A stretch of DNA of 64,000 nt from Dipteris shenzhenensis (taxonomy: Eukaryota): NCBI GenBank assembly GCA_047967505.1, contig CM106538.1. One strand, given 5' to 3'. Under the pieces are notes generated by a model. That model did no database searches, had not been told where the DNA came from, and saw nothing but the letters and a program-made list of their open reading frames with translations. Numbering within the stretch: position 1 is the stretch's first letter; each line of letters starts with the position of its first letter. This document shows positions 14,201 through 24,897 of the stretch, piece after piece. Position numbers and translations under genes: made by a program.

Positions 14201-14761
14201 CTCCTTTTCCCCCAACTGCCCCTTGAAAGCCGCATTCAACTCCTTTTTACTCTTTATGAAGACCAATGACATGTTACAATTTTGCAAGGCATCACTCAGT
14301 TTCTACTACATGAGGGAGTTGGTTCTGATGGCAATCAAGAACTTGGAAAAGAACTTGTAGGCCCCTTTACTCTCGTAGCCATCCTTGGGCATCATGTCCT
14401 ATGGGGATCTGATGCTAAGGTCACTAGAAGCACAACCATTATGGTCCATTGGACTTGCGAAAAGAGCTAGGTTTGCTGGTTGCATAGGAATGACATGGGG
14501 ACATATACGCAGCACGTCATATGAACAAAGAACATAAGGAGTTGATAGACTTATTGATTGGCAGCCATCCTCATAAAGTTTAGTCCATTTGGACAGCCCG
14601 AAATCACAGACAGGTAAGAACTACTAAAGCACTTAGAGGGGGCAAGGCAATCTCATACACAAGTTTGAAGAGTGGTACACTCCCCGTGCGCCATTTGTTA
14701 TATGATGACAAGGATTGATGACTAAAAGATATGTTTGTTTTTTTAGGGAAGCTTATCCCTA

Positions 14762-16766
14762 ATGCCTCATGGAAGAATAACATTGGAATGTAACAAAAAT
14801 GCCTCGAGCCTATTTATACATGTATTGTTTGATAATTCCTTATTGGAAATGTTCTCCATAAAAGAATTGATGTTTGAATTTTTCATAAAATGGGACTATG
14901 AACAAGGAATTGCTTTGTTGGATGAATTATCCTTTGCTTGGAAATTTCATAAACTACTATCAACAATACTCTACAAACCTGAAATAACATTCATAAGAGG
15001 TGTAGGTAATAGTTGCAATTGCCATGCAAAGGATCTTGCTGGTTTTATAAACAAAAGGTGGGGTCATGTAGTGACACTTGATACAAGGATTATAAAGTGA
15101 AGGCCTTACAAAAGGAGGTCTAAAAGGGGTTAAACCATATTGTCCAACATAACTATGACATCGAAGGGGTGTTACAAGCTTTACGAGAGGTATGGTATAA
15201 ATTAGAATCACTTTGTACGGCCTCTACGATCCCCTTTGGATGTTTGGAACATCACTTTGTTAACTTTAGCAGAGAGAAAGTATACGATATAGCCAAAGAA
15301 GGATTAAGAACTACAAGGACATCCCTCTAACCATGGAAGATGCAGAAGTTAATGAGGAGATTGACCATCTTAAGTCATGCCTACTTATTACTTTGACTGA
15401 TAAGTCATCAATCACACCAACATTTATCTACAAGAGTTTCATATTCACCCAAGCAAGGGAGAGAATGAGGAGCAATGACTTCCAAATTGTGAAGGACCCA
15501 CATATCCTCGACCGATTGGTCAGAGAGATAAATCACTTTGACTTACACTACAGTCACTTTGACATTACCTTACTTAATGGCCACTTATAAGGCCCATGTA
15601 GAAGCATTCCAGTGGACCACCAATGCCCATGCATGTGTGCTCTCAGAAATAGCATCAATTATGACGTTGATCCTACAAGGGTGTATGGAACCGATTATGA
15701 GATATGCTAATGACCTCCAAAAGGAAATTTGGAATAGCACAGAGATCCAAACTTGCACTTTTTGGATTGTGAACTCAATTTATGAAGTCAAGCTTAACCT
15801 ACCCAAGAAGATTCATTATGTGTTCACAACTGACATTGGGAAGTGTTATGAAAACATCCCATTGGAAGGAGAACCAGGTTTGAAGGATGTTATGAAACAA
15901 GTGATTGCATGTGCATTTGAAAAACAAGACCAACAATACATTTGTGTCCACCTTCATAAGAAGAAAGTTACTGGGACAGACATAAAAACAGGAATAGGGA
16001 CATGCATGACTTAAGAGCAATGCATTGAACTGAATGATTGGCTATTGGGAAGCATGCACATCCATTTAGGAGGGGAGGTGTTTAAACAAATAGATGGGAT
16101 CCCTATAGGTTTCTCATGCTCACCCTTATGGTGCAATCTATACCCCTTTTGGTTTGAATTTAAAGCTATGCTCCAGATCTAGAAACTAGATCAATGGGAT
16201 TTGCTTAGGAACTTTGAGAACACTTATAGGTTTATGGATGATATACTTATCATAAATGCGAAAACACCTACAACATTCTTTAACCCTGCACATCAAGGAG
16301 ATGATGATCCTTGGTGGGTCTATCCCCTACAATTCTCGGAGATAAAGGAAACAATAGACACTAAGGACCTGGACCCAAAGGGCCGAGAGATTGGCACGAA
16401 AGCCAATTTCCTTAATATGACTATCACGATCACCCAAAGGAACAATGGGAATACGGTTATGACTAAGTATGATAAGATAGACTCCCTTACTCCCTTCCAT
16501 ATCAGGTTTGTAAATACATTTGGGTAGACGAGAATAGACCAAAATCCTTTGCGGAAAAAGTGATTCTTTCACAAATAATGCCGATTCTATACATGGAGAA
16601 ACATGAGTTCAATGCCTTCTTAAAATTGAAAGGTTTAATTGAGGCCTTTGGGAGGAATGGATTTGATACAAAGAGGAGCAGGAAACTAGTCACGAAGTTC
16701 CTGAATCAACCCTTCCCAGGGTGCGACCTCGATGTAAAAAGGATAAAAAAATGGATAGGTAAATAA
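14762..16766 (+). pseudogene. PLE-type (telomerase-related) reverse transcriptase with upstream CxC linker, disrupted
   Basis: Motifs in order: CNC...GHVVTLDTRII, TLTDKSS (DKG-like), LPYLMATYKAH, FWIVNS, TDIGKCYENIP, QIDGIPIGFSCSPLWCNLY, YRFMDD, NFLNMTI, YDK. The frame ends after the thumb with no C-terminal nuclease. Confidence 0.87.
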
Positions 16767-16911
16767 AATGATTACTCTCTTGACTGTTTTGATTTTAAAA
16801 AAAAAAGTGATATACGTTTGGGTAGTAGTCCGACCCACTCCTATGTGAGGGGCAGATTATGACCCCTACTAAGAGTGTGTGTCGGGACCTGTGGGTTTGT
16901 GGTTGGTGGGA

Positions 16912-16976
16912 ACACACACACACACACACATACACACACACCCCACCCACCCACCCGCACACGCCCACACACAAAG

Positions 16977-17009
<33 letters not shown>
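16912..17009. repeat. Interrupted (CA)n microsatellite separating the two PLE copies
   Basis: Directly visible. Confidence 0.95.
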
Positions 17010-17010
<1 letters not shown>

Positions 17011-18138
17011 CCCTTGCCCTTGAAAAAAAGGGGGTGATAAAGCATGGGACTTGGCTCCTAGGTAATAGATATGGAGATCAAACCTTATAATAAGACATCT
17101 GATGTGATGTATATTGGGACAAGGATAATGCATAGCATCAAAAAGTATAGAATAGCCTGTGGGACCAAACGAAGATACTACAATGATTGCCTGAACTAGA
17201 AATAGCCAAGTATACTGTAATGACCAAGAAGGAGACCCCTTTAGTAGACGATGCTTACTAGAGAAGGAGAGTAGAAAAAAGGAGGTCTAATTAATAATGA
17301 AACCCCTATGGCTCTAGGGGAGTATATTAAGAACTACAAAGGAATCGTGAAAAAAATGGGAGTCGCGAGCTAGAGATCCCATTTGATTATAGGCACGCCC
17401 TGTTATTAATATTGCATCTGTCAATGGATTGACTAGAATACTTTTTAACTAAGTTAATTATACTAGGGAACCCATCGAAAATCCACCTTCGATCTATTTG
17501 AACCTTCCCAGGAAACCATGGAAAATCCACCTTCCTAGGAATCCATTGAAAAGCTACCTTCGACTTATTTGAACACTGGGATAGCCATACATGAACATAG
17601 AAAACCCTGGGATATAGGCTTTGGATATGGGGGAAATATGTGGACCTAGGGCTAAATGGGAAGTGGTGTGCAAGGGAATATAGTATTAATGATTTTGAAA
17701 AAGGAAAAATAGATGGAGAACGTTGGGAAAAATTGAAAATTATGGACAGCCAAGGGGATGAATATGGAGTACCCCTAGTATCCCTCTAGGTATTGACAGG
17801 CAATGTGTGGTTACAAGATGAACTAGTGGGGACCCCTTGGATACTACCGCCTTATTAGTGAAAAGCCCTCAAACTGGTGGGTAAAAAGGAGTATACTAGG
17901 ATTTGAAAGAATGAAAAGGGGTATGGCAAGATACCCATAGGAGAGGAATGCACCATTGGAGGAAGGACACATTATGAAGTAATGGGTGTACTAGCACGTG
18001 CACTAAAAGCAAAAGGTACGAGCTACTATGGCTAAGTCCTTGGTGCCAAAAAGGGTGTAAAGACTTGGTGTTATGAGCTCCATGCCTCGATGAGAGGAAG
18101 AGACTAGGTTCACTCAAGAACAAAACCTGAGAATCTTT
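17010..18138 (+). mobile_element. PLE copy 2, left part
   Basis: Colinear with 6885-6928 plus 8111-9193. Confidence 0.8.
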
Positions 18139-19317
18139 TGTTGTGGGTCTCGGTGGTGACTCAAGTGTCATGGGGATGTTGAAGATATGCCAATGGAGCC
18201 TCCACTCCTAGCTACTCCTTGTGGGACCAATGCAAGGCACGAGCTATCCGCAAGTGTCATGCAAGCAGCCTCCAAATTGTTGCAATGTGGTTCCATGCGA
18301 GAAGGAGGGAACAGAAAGAGGGGAGAGGAGAGGGAGAATGGAGGGAGAAGGAGAAAGGAAGAGGAGAAGGGAAGGAAGAGTGAAGGGGGATAGAGTGGCA
18401 ACCACAAGGGTACTACAATGGAAACAAAGAACACCCAAAACACTCTCTTGGAAGAGAAGAGGGAGCTTGTATTCAAACTTGTGCAAACAACAATGAAGAC
18501 CAAAGTCAACCATTTGGCCTTTTATACAAGTCACCTTTTGAGGGGAGGGTCAACCCTTTTCCTTTTTAGCACTCTCCCTCTCTTTACAATGAAAGGCTCT
18601 TAGGCCCATAGGGTGCCAAGGCATATTGCTATTCTTCCCATCTCTCCCTACTAGCAGAAATAGCGCTTGTGTTAACCATATTAGAGTGCTTAGGACAAGC
18701 TTGGCATTAGGAGGTGTTCCTAACCGGCTCCCAAATAGCGCTTGTGTTAGCCTCATGCCTCCTAGGCTTAGGTGATTTGGGGCTCAAACTCCCTGACTGC
18801 CCTCATGCCTTAAACCATTTGTGGTTCAAATCCCATGCCTGAGGCTCAAAACCTAGAGTGGCGAGGCTTAACTTCCGCAAGACACTCAATGGTAACCCTG
18901 CATGTTGCCTACAATCTTTTGCCTTAGGATATTTAGGGATCAAACTCCCCGAGTTTAAGTTATACTTCTTTCATGGCTATTTTCATTGGCATGGCTATTT
19001 TCATTGGTGTGGCTATTTCTGTGGATGTAGGCCTGAAATGTGCATGTTGCTTGCACTCTTTGGTCTTGGTGTTAGCTGGAACATACAACCTATGCATGGA
19101 ATCCTTGAATCCTTGGACTTTGGGGTGGACTTTGGATATTTGGGGATCAAACTCCCTAAGTTTGAGCTATACTCCTTCCATGTACACATTACTTGTAATC
19201 ACTAGCCTTGGGGTATTTGGGAGTCAAACTCCCTGAGCTTGTCCATTGCAATGGATCATGTGGCCTGATCACCTTTAATCCTGCATTCACAACAACTGTA
19301 CTCTGTGGATGTTAACA
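18139..19317 (-). repeat. 3' LTR of gypsy 1
   Basis: Homologous to 37348-38512; TG..CA ends. Confidence 0.93.
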
Positions 19318-19330
19318 TGCCCCCTTTCCT
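19318..19330 (-). other. Polypurine tract of gypsy 1
   Basis: Minus strand AGGAAAGGGGGCA immediately precedes the LTR start TGTTAACA. Confidence 0.85.
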
Positions 19331-19599
19331 GTTGCTGATCCGTCCTCAGGTCAGCCCTATTAGAGGAGGTTGGTGGTGAGGACGGTTTGTAGAATGGCAT
19401 AGCGGTCCAGCTATCATGATGTGAGGCGTGAGTGAGGTATGAGCGGTGCTTCCAAAAATGAGTGGCGTGCATATCCTCGTATGTGCGGAGGTGATGTCCG
19501 TGGAGATTGCGGAAGTTGAGGGGCGGAGGTCATGAAATTGTGTTGGACCAATGTTGGGGTTGAAGACAATCTAATTGTTCAGATTGTGGAGGCAATTGT

Positions 19600-22500
19600 G
19601 GATGGGGCGATTGTGGATGGGAAGATCACGGAGGAGTAAGAGGAGGAGGGAGTTGAAATGTACTACTGTGGTGACACTAGGATCTGGCACTGAGCCGTAT
19701 GTGTCATGGAATGACTAGAGGAGAAAGCAAAATCTCTCCTAAGTCATCTCTTTGGGAAAGATGTACAACACATTTGGGTCCTTTTGTTGGAGGTCTCAAA
19801 ATGCGACCCAAGTCCATCATCGTTCCATGAGCATATAGAGGGGTGGACTCGACAATCGATGGGTGCACAATGGTAGTAGCGCCAAAATTTCTCTAGCTTA
19901 AAGAATGGGAGCTGCCATTGTGGTTGCAGACCAACATCGGCATAATCGTGAGAACTAGAGTGTTAGGGGTGAGGCTGTATCCTCCTCTTGTGTGCTTTGG
20001 ATGCGTGCAGTGCCAGTTGTCGAAGGACTGCGTGAGGGGGTGCACCTCAAGAATTTCATAAAGGTGGAGGTTGAGCCATCAAGCTAGTGCTTCCAATGGT
20101 GCATTAGTGCACTATCTGGTAGCCCCTGAAAGGATTGTAAGTTTGGGTGCTAGTGGACATCTTTAGGGGGGAAATTGGCGAGGATGGTGGAGCATCATCA
20201 TCTGCAAGTGGCATGGGCTCCAGATCCATTATGCCTGGAGGCATTGATCCATCAACTCTTTGTACAAAATTGGCTGCTTTGAGTAATGTGTTGAAGGCTT
20301 CATCAGGAAGATCGACTAGAGCATTGAAGGAGATCGACAGGGAGGGTCCATGCTGTGCAGTGGTGGTGTTAGAGGCGTTAGACAAGTACTCGGGCAATGT
20401 TGTCCGAGGGAGGGGAGGGTGGGTTGCTTGTTGGGTGGTAGGGCAAGGGATCTAGAGGAGGCAGTAGTGGAATGTCTGCAGGGGGGGCGGTGGTATTAAA
20501 GAGGGTGACTGCTTCATTTCCCTCTTCCTTGGTGACTTCCTCTAGGTAGTCTATGTGAATTGTTTCAAAATTGCTCACCAAGGACTCAAGTGAGTCTTGG
20601 AGAGCCTGTACCACCCTATTGAAGATGACTATAATGCCAAGGGGGTGGTAGGTTGTGGACTGGTAGGTGGTAAGGTGCCCTTGAGATTGGACGGTTGAGG
20701 CTCAGCCGTAGGTCTACATCTAATTGATGTTTGCATGCAGACTTGTGGATGTGCAAACCCATGGCGTGGGTTCCTCGGGCTTTGCGAGTTGCATCACTTC
20801 ATCGTCTGCAGGGTAATTAAGGGGCTCAGTGATGATGTGGTACCAGGCTTGAAAATTGAGGAGGATGGGATGGGCAGATAGTGTTTGGAGATTGGAAGGG
20901 CAGAGAAGAGATAGAGAAGTAGGTTGGAGATCAAGGGAGAACTATGACATGTCTAAGATGGGGCAGGAGTGGTTAGAGTTATGATGAAGGATAGTCTAGA
21001 GGGTGTTAGGTGGAAGTGGAGTAGTGAGGTCTAGGTGGAAGATGAGATTTTGTGCACAGAGTGCATCAAAGTGCATTTGGAGGGTTTGGGGGATGGTGCA
21101 TGGTGCAAATGTGTATGTGGCTAATTGTGCGGAGACCTCCCTGTACATCTAGTCTTCCAATCTTGACTCCTCTGATTGGCTAGTGGTGCACTGGTGTTTG
21201 TTTTCTTCTTGGAGGGAAACTGTTAGGTTCCTCTGTTGCATAAGGAGATCTTGTAAAGATCAGATCTATTGTTGATGATACTCTTGTGATCTGGCATACC
21301 GCTCCTCTGCCTGTGCCTATTATCCCAGCATTGTGCATAGGTTTAACTCTACCTTGTCAGCATGGTCCATGAGCGTCTGGACCAGGGATTCACTTGTGGT
21401 GAGGTAGTCCTTGAGCCTTGTAAGAGAGAGCTCAAGCTCCTCAACTTTGGCCCTGTATTCTTCGGCTCTATGTACTGTGGCATGGCCTGTTGCTTGGGCT
21501 GCAACCATTATCAATTGGCTTTCATATGCAGAAAGTTGGGACTAGCGGAGAGTTGTGAGGCTTGTTCCTTCCTCCTCTATAAAATCGTGTGGGTGACCTA
21601 TGGGAGTTGTGCCATGTCTTCAAAGAGGTTTAGTTCCATCAGGTCCACAGTGACAACTGCTCTACCATCATGTGGCTATAGCCACTTGATGCCCTATATT
21701 GGGGTGCACTGCAAAATTGTAAGGCCTTTGCTAGGCCTGGCCATGGAGTGGAAGAGGTGCCAGTGGTGAAGGATGTGGTCTCTTGAGGGGTGGTGGAGAC
21801 TGAGACATAGGGCATAGCAGGGGAGGTCGGCTTCTATATGGAGGTCGATTTCAATTGTTTCATCACCCCGGAGGTCATCGATGAGAATGGGCTCGTCTTG
21901 AACCCATCTGCCCTTGCTTTGAGGATCCACCCGCTGGAGACACAATTGTTGGTGTATGAATTCATGCAACTGGTAATCCTCATATTGGTCAAGCAGCTGA
22001 CTTGTGTTCGGTTGCACATGAACTGCTAGAGTGACACTGGGCATTGTCCTTGCTCTCTTGGGCTTCACCTCTGTTTCTTTTGGCTCTCAGTCTATACTGG
22101 GTCAGTGTCGGATTTCTCTACTAGGCCAAAGCCGACTGGTGGATGCTGACTCTTTAAGTATTAGAGGACGGGCATGTATAGCATGGGATTGTCGATAACA
22201 TCCTCGTGGGTGTCGAGATCGTCTTGCATTTGGCTACAGAAGTAGTCAGCCCAGTTGGTCTCCTAGAGCTCCACCATGTATAGCAAGATATTGGGCACAA
22301 TGGATTGATAATGATTTGTGTGCTTGACTTGAGTGAGCCATTGCAAGGCTCTTGCTAGTCGCTCCACTTCATGCTTGAGGATGGCTGTGAACTGGAGGCG
22401 GCCCTTGCCCTTGTGGTGGTCATAGTGATAGACCGTTTTGAGGGCGTCGAGCTTTTTCTTCTTGGAGTATTTCTCCCCGACCACTGCAAGTTGAAGGCTA

Positions 22501-23173
22501 CCCATACCGTGTCCTGATTGATTTGGTAGTGGTGGGGATTGCCTATTGCATCTTGTAGGATGCCAATGTTGGTGTTGCTATTGTACGCCTTGAGGAATTT
22601 TGCTAGTAGTGTCATGTCTAAGTGGCACGAGAGACAGGCGGCTATTCTGCTCAATCCTGCAAAGTTGAGTGCCTCCTCCACTGCTGGGTCCTAGAAAGCT
22701 ATGTATGTTGTTGCTGTATGGTAGTGGAGGGTGTAGTCGTGGCCCTCGTATGCAAATTACAAGTGTATCACACAAGCATTTAGTTCTTAGAGCCATGCTT
22801 CTCCAAGTGGCGAGTGTGCTTGGGAGTGCACGACTTTGTACTTGCCTGTTGTTGGCACCAAGGTGCACTTTCGTGACCTTGAGGGAGGCGTGCCTGCTGT
22901 GGTTGGATCCTCTTGAGTGGTCTGCCTGGTGGATGTTTCTTTGCCTTGCAAGTCTTTCAAGTGGATCTCGAAAGGCATGTGGATCATGGGATACGGAGTG
23001 CTTTGGGAGTCCGATGGGCCAGTGGCCTCTGGAATAGGGCGAGGGTGGAGTCCCAGGTATGTTTCCAACTTGAAGAACTCTTGTTCAATATCCATCAGAA
23101 ACAGGGTTGGAAGTTGAGTGACGAGGGAATCAATGGATGAGGAAGAGCAGGAAGACATAAACAGGCTGTTCAA
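19600..23173 (-). pseudogene. Degenerate extra ORF(s) between pol and the 3' LTR of gypsy 1 (env-position accessory gene, coiled-coil rich)
   Basis: Chain of co-oriented ORF fragments: 22787-23173, 22355-22681, 22263-22505, 21694-22068, 21320-21514, 20378-20614, 20104-20397. Heptad-like segment EEYRAKVEELELSLTRLKDYL. Confidence 0.6.
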
Positions 23174-23229
23174 ATTGTAATGGAAGGGGGCAAGAGACTG
23201 TCAGATTTCTGGGCAAATTTTGCAAGAGT

Positions 23230-23730
23230 TTGGGGGCGACTACTATGGCAATGACCCGACGGGATAAGCCTGTTTATATAGAGTTCATATCCCCCCAATT
23301 GATGGGATACGAGTATGGTGATGGTCAGTGTGGAAAATTGATGGTGACAGTTGGTAGAATGTGGCTAAGATCACGACTAGTGTGATACGGGATGACCATG
23401 GGTGGCGGTGTCTTTCCTTGGCATCGACTGGTGGGATGTTGGGATATGGATGGCAGGATACTTTGTTGGTGATGATTGGCAGAATGTGGCCAAGACTACA
23501 ACTAGTGTGATACAAGATGATGACGGGTGGTGCGATCTGGAATGGCGATGAGTGGTGGTGTCTTTCCTTGGTGTCGACCGGCGGGATGTTGGGATCACGA
23601 CGGGTGGCAAGATACTTCATTGGTGATGACCGGCGTGATTTGTCGATGGTGATGGCAATGATCAGTGGGATGTTGGGATCGCAACGGTCGATGGGATACC
23701 ATTATGGCGATGACCCAGCGGGATATTAAC
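23230..23730. repeat. Degenerate tandem repeat block upstream of the extra ORF
   Basis: Recurrent GGTGTCTTTCCTTGG..TCGAC.GG.GGGATGTTGGGAT and GGC.ATGACCC...GGGATA units. Confidence 0.75.
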
Positions 23731-24353
23731 TGTGTAAAAAGAGTGAAAGAAAGAGGGAGTGGTGTGTTAGGGGGGAAAAAGGGTGTGTGAGTAGAGTCCA
23801 CTTGTGCAGTGCAATAATGACAATGAGGTTAGCATGCAAGATTATCAATAAATGCAAAAATGGATTCTAATCACTTGGTGCTGACTGTGTGTATGCATGT
23901 GGTGTGTTCGGCAGGGACTAGTGGGCTGCGGGTGTCGAGTGAGATGCCTACCATATTGACTCACCTAGACTTGGACTTGATGATTATGATGAATGTGGTG
24001 TTGAGATATCCAGCTCCACTTGTGATACGCCAGGGTGACCATTGTGCATTTATGGCACCGACTTGTTAGCTGCAGATGCGGTTGGTACACCACCCATGAA
24101 TAATAGCTGGATGATAGCTATCTTTATGTACTCTAATCAGTGGCTCAGTTAGTATGCCACCTTAATTAGCTGATTTTGGTTTGAGACCCACATATAGGGT
24201 TCACCTATTCTTTTGTACTAGGAGAGTTCTTTTGGCTTTCACAACTAAGAAGAGGAAAACTGTTTTCAGCCTCCACCTTTGTGTGTATTCCCCCATTGTG
24301 TATGTGAGAAAGCCACAAGTGAGACTCCTTCCTTCTCTCCCACTCTCTTCACA

Positions 24354-24365
24354 TGGTATCAGAGC
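24354..24365 (+). other. PBS (tRNA-iMet) of copia B
   Basis: Exact TGGTATCAGAGC after the LTR CA. Confidence 0.93.
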
Positions 24366-24897
24366 TCAGTTCATGGTAAGGAGCTCAAGAAAGCAAACCA
24401 AGTTCACGGTGTCTTGGTAAGAGGATCAATGTTACTTTCCTTTTTTGAGTTTGGGAGCAAATCTCTGTAGGTAGCATAGTCGAAAATTGTAAGAGTGCAC
24501 TGTCTCAGATTAGGACGCCCTTCGCGGTGTGGCGAGAGGGTAGTATATGCTGTGGGACTGGGCGAAGCTCTTGGTGACATTACTTTTTTGATTCGAGACC
24601 ATTTCGGGGCCCATTTTGGTGGCGGAAGTTTTCTGCAGGCACTCAAGAAAGTGCCCCGTTTTTGCAATGTGACCACTGTTCTGCAGGTCGGTGAAAGTTG
24701 CCATAGAAATTGCATCGTATGCCAGTGCACAGAGATATTTGGAGTGATAGAATCATTCTTATTTCCTATTGATGCAAAATCGTCACTAGGAAGTGACTAT
24801 GTGGTTAAATACCACTCTCGTCAGTTTTGCAGATTTGCCCTTGTGAGGTAGAAGTTGTCTTTTTTTTTATAGTGAGAATATTTTGCAGTGTTTTGTA

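Larger units (their letters stand above)
6885..16911 (+). mobile_element. Penelope-like retroelement (Naiad/Chlamys-like), copy 1, with nested insertions
   Basis: PLE-type RT at its 3' end. Bounded by (CA)n on both sides. Its 5' part (6885-12915, minus insertions) is repeated from 17010 onward. Confidence 0.75.

Noticed and set aside
17896-19236. Multiple 60-115 aa ORFs within the gypsy LTRs (also 37417-38455, 55709-56363, 63442-63998)
   Set aside because: They are low-complexity LTR sequence, and the frames are not consistently preserved between LTR copies.
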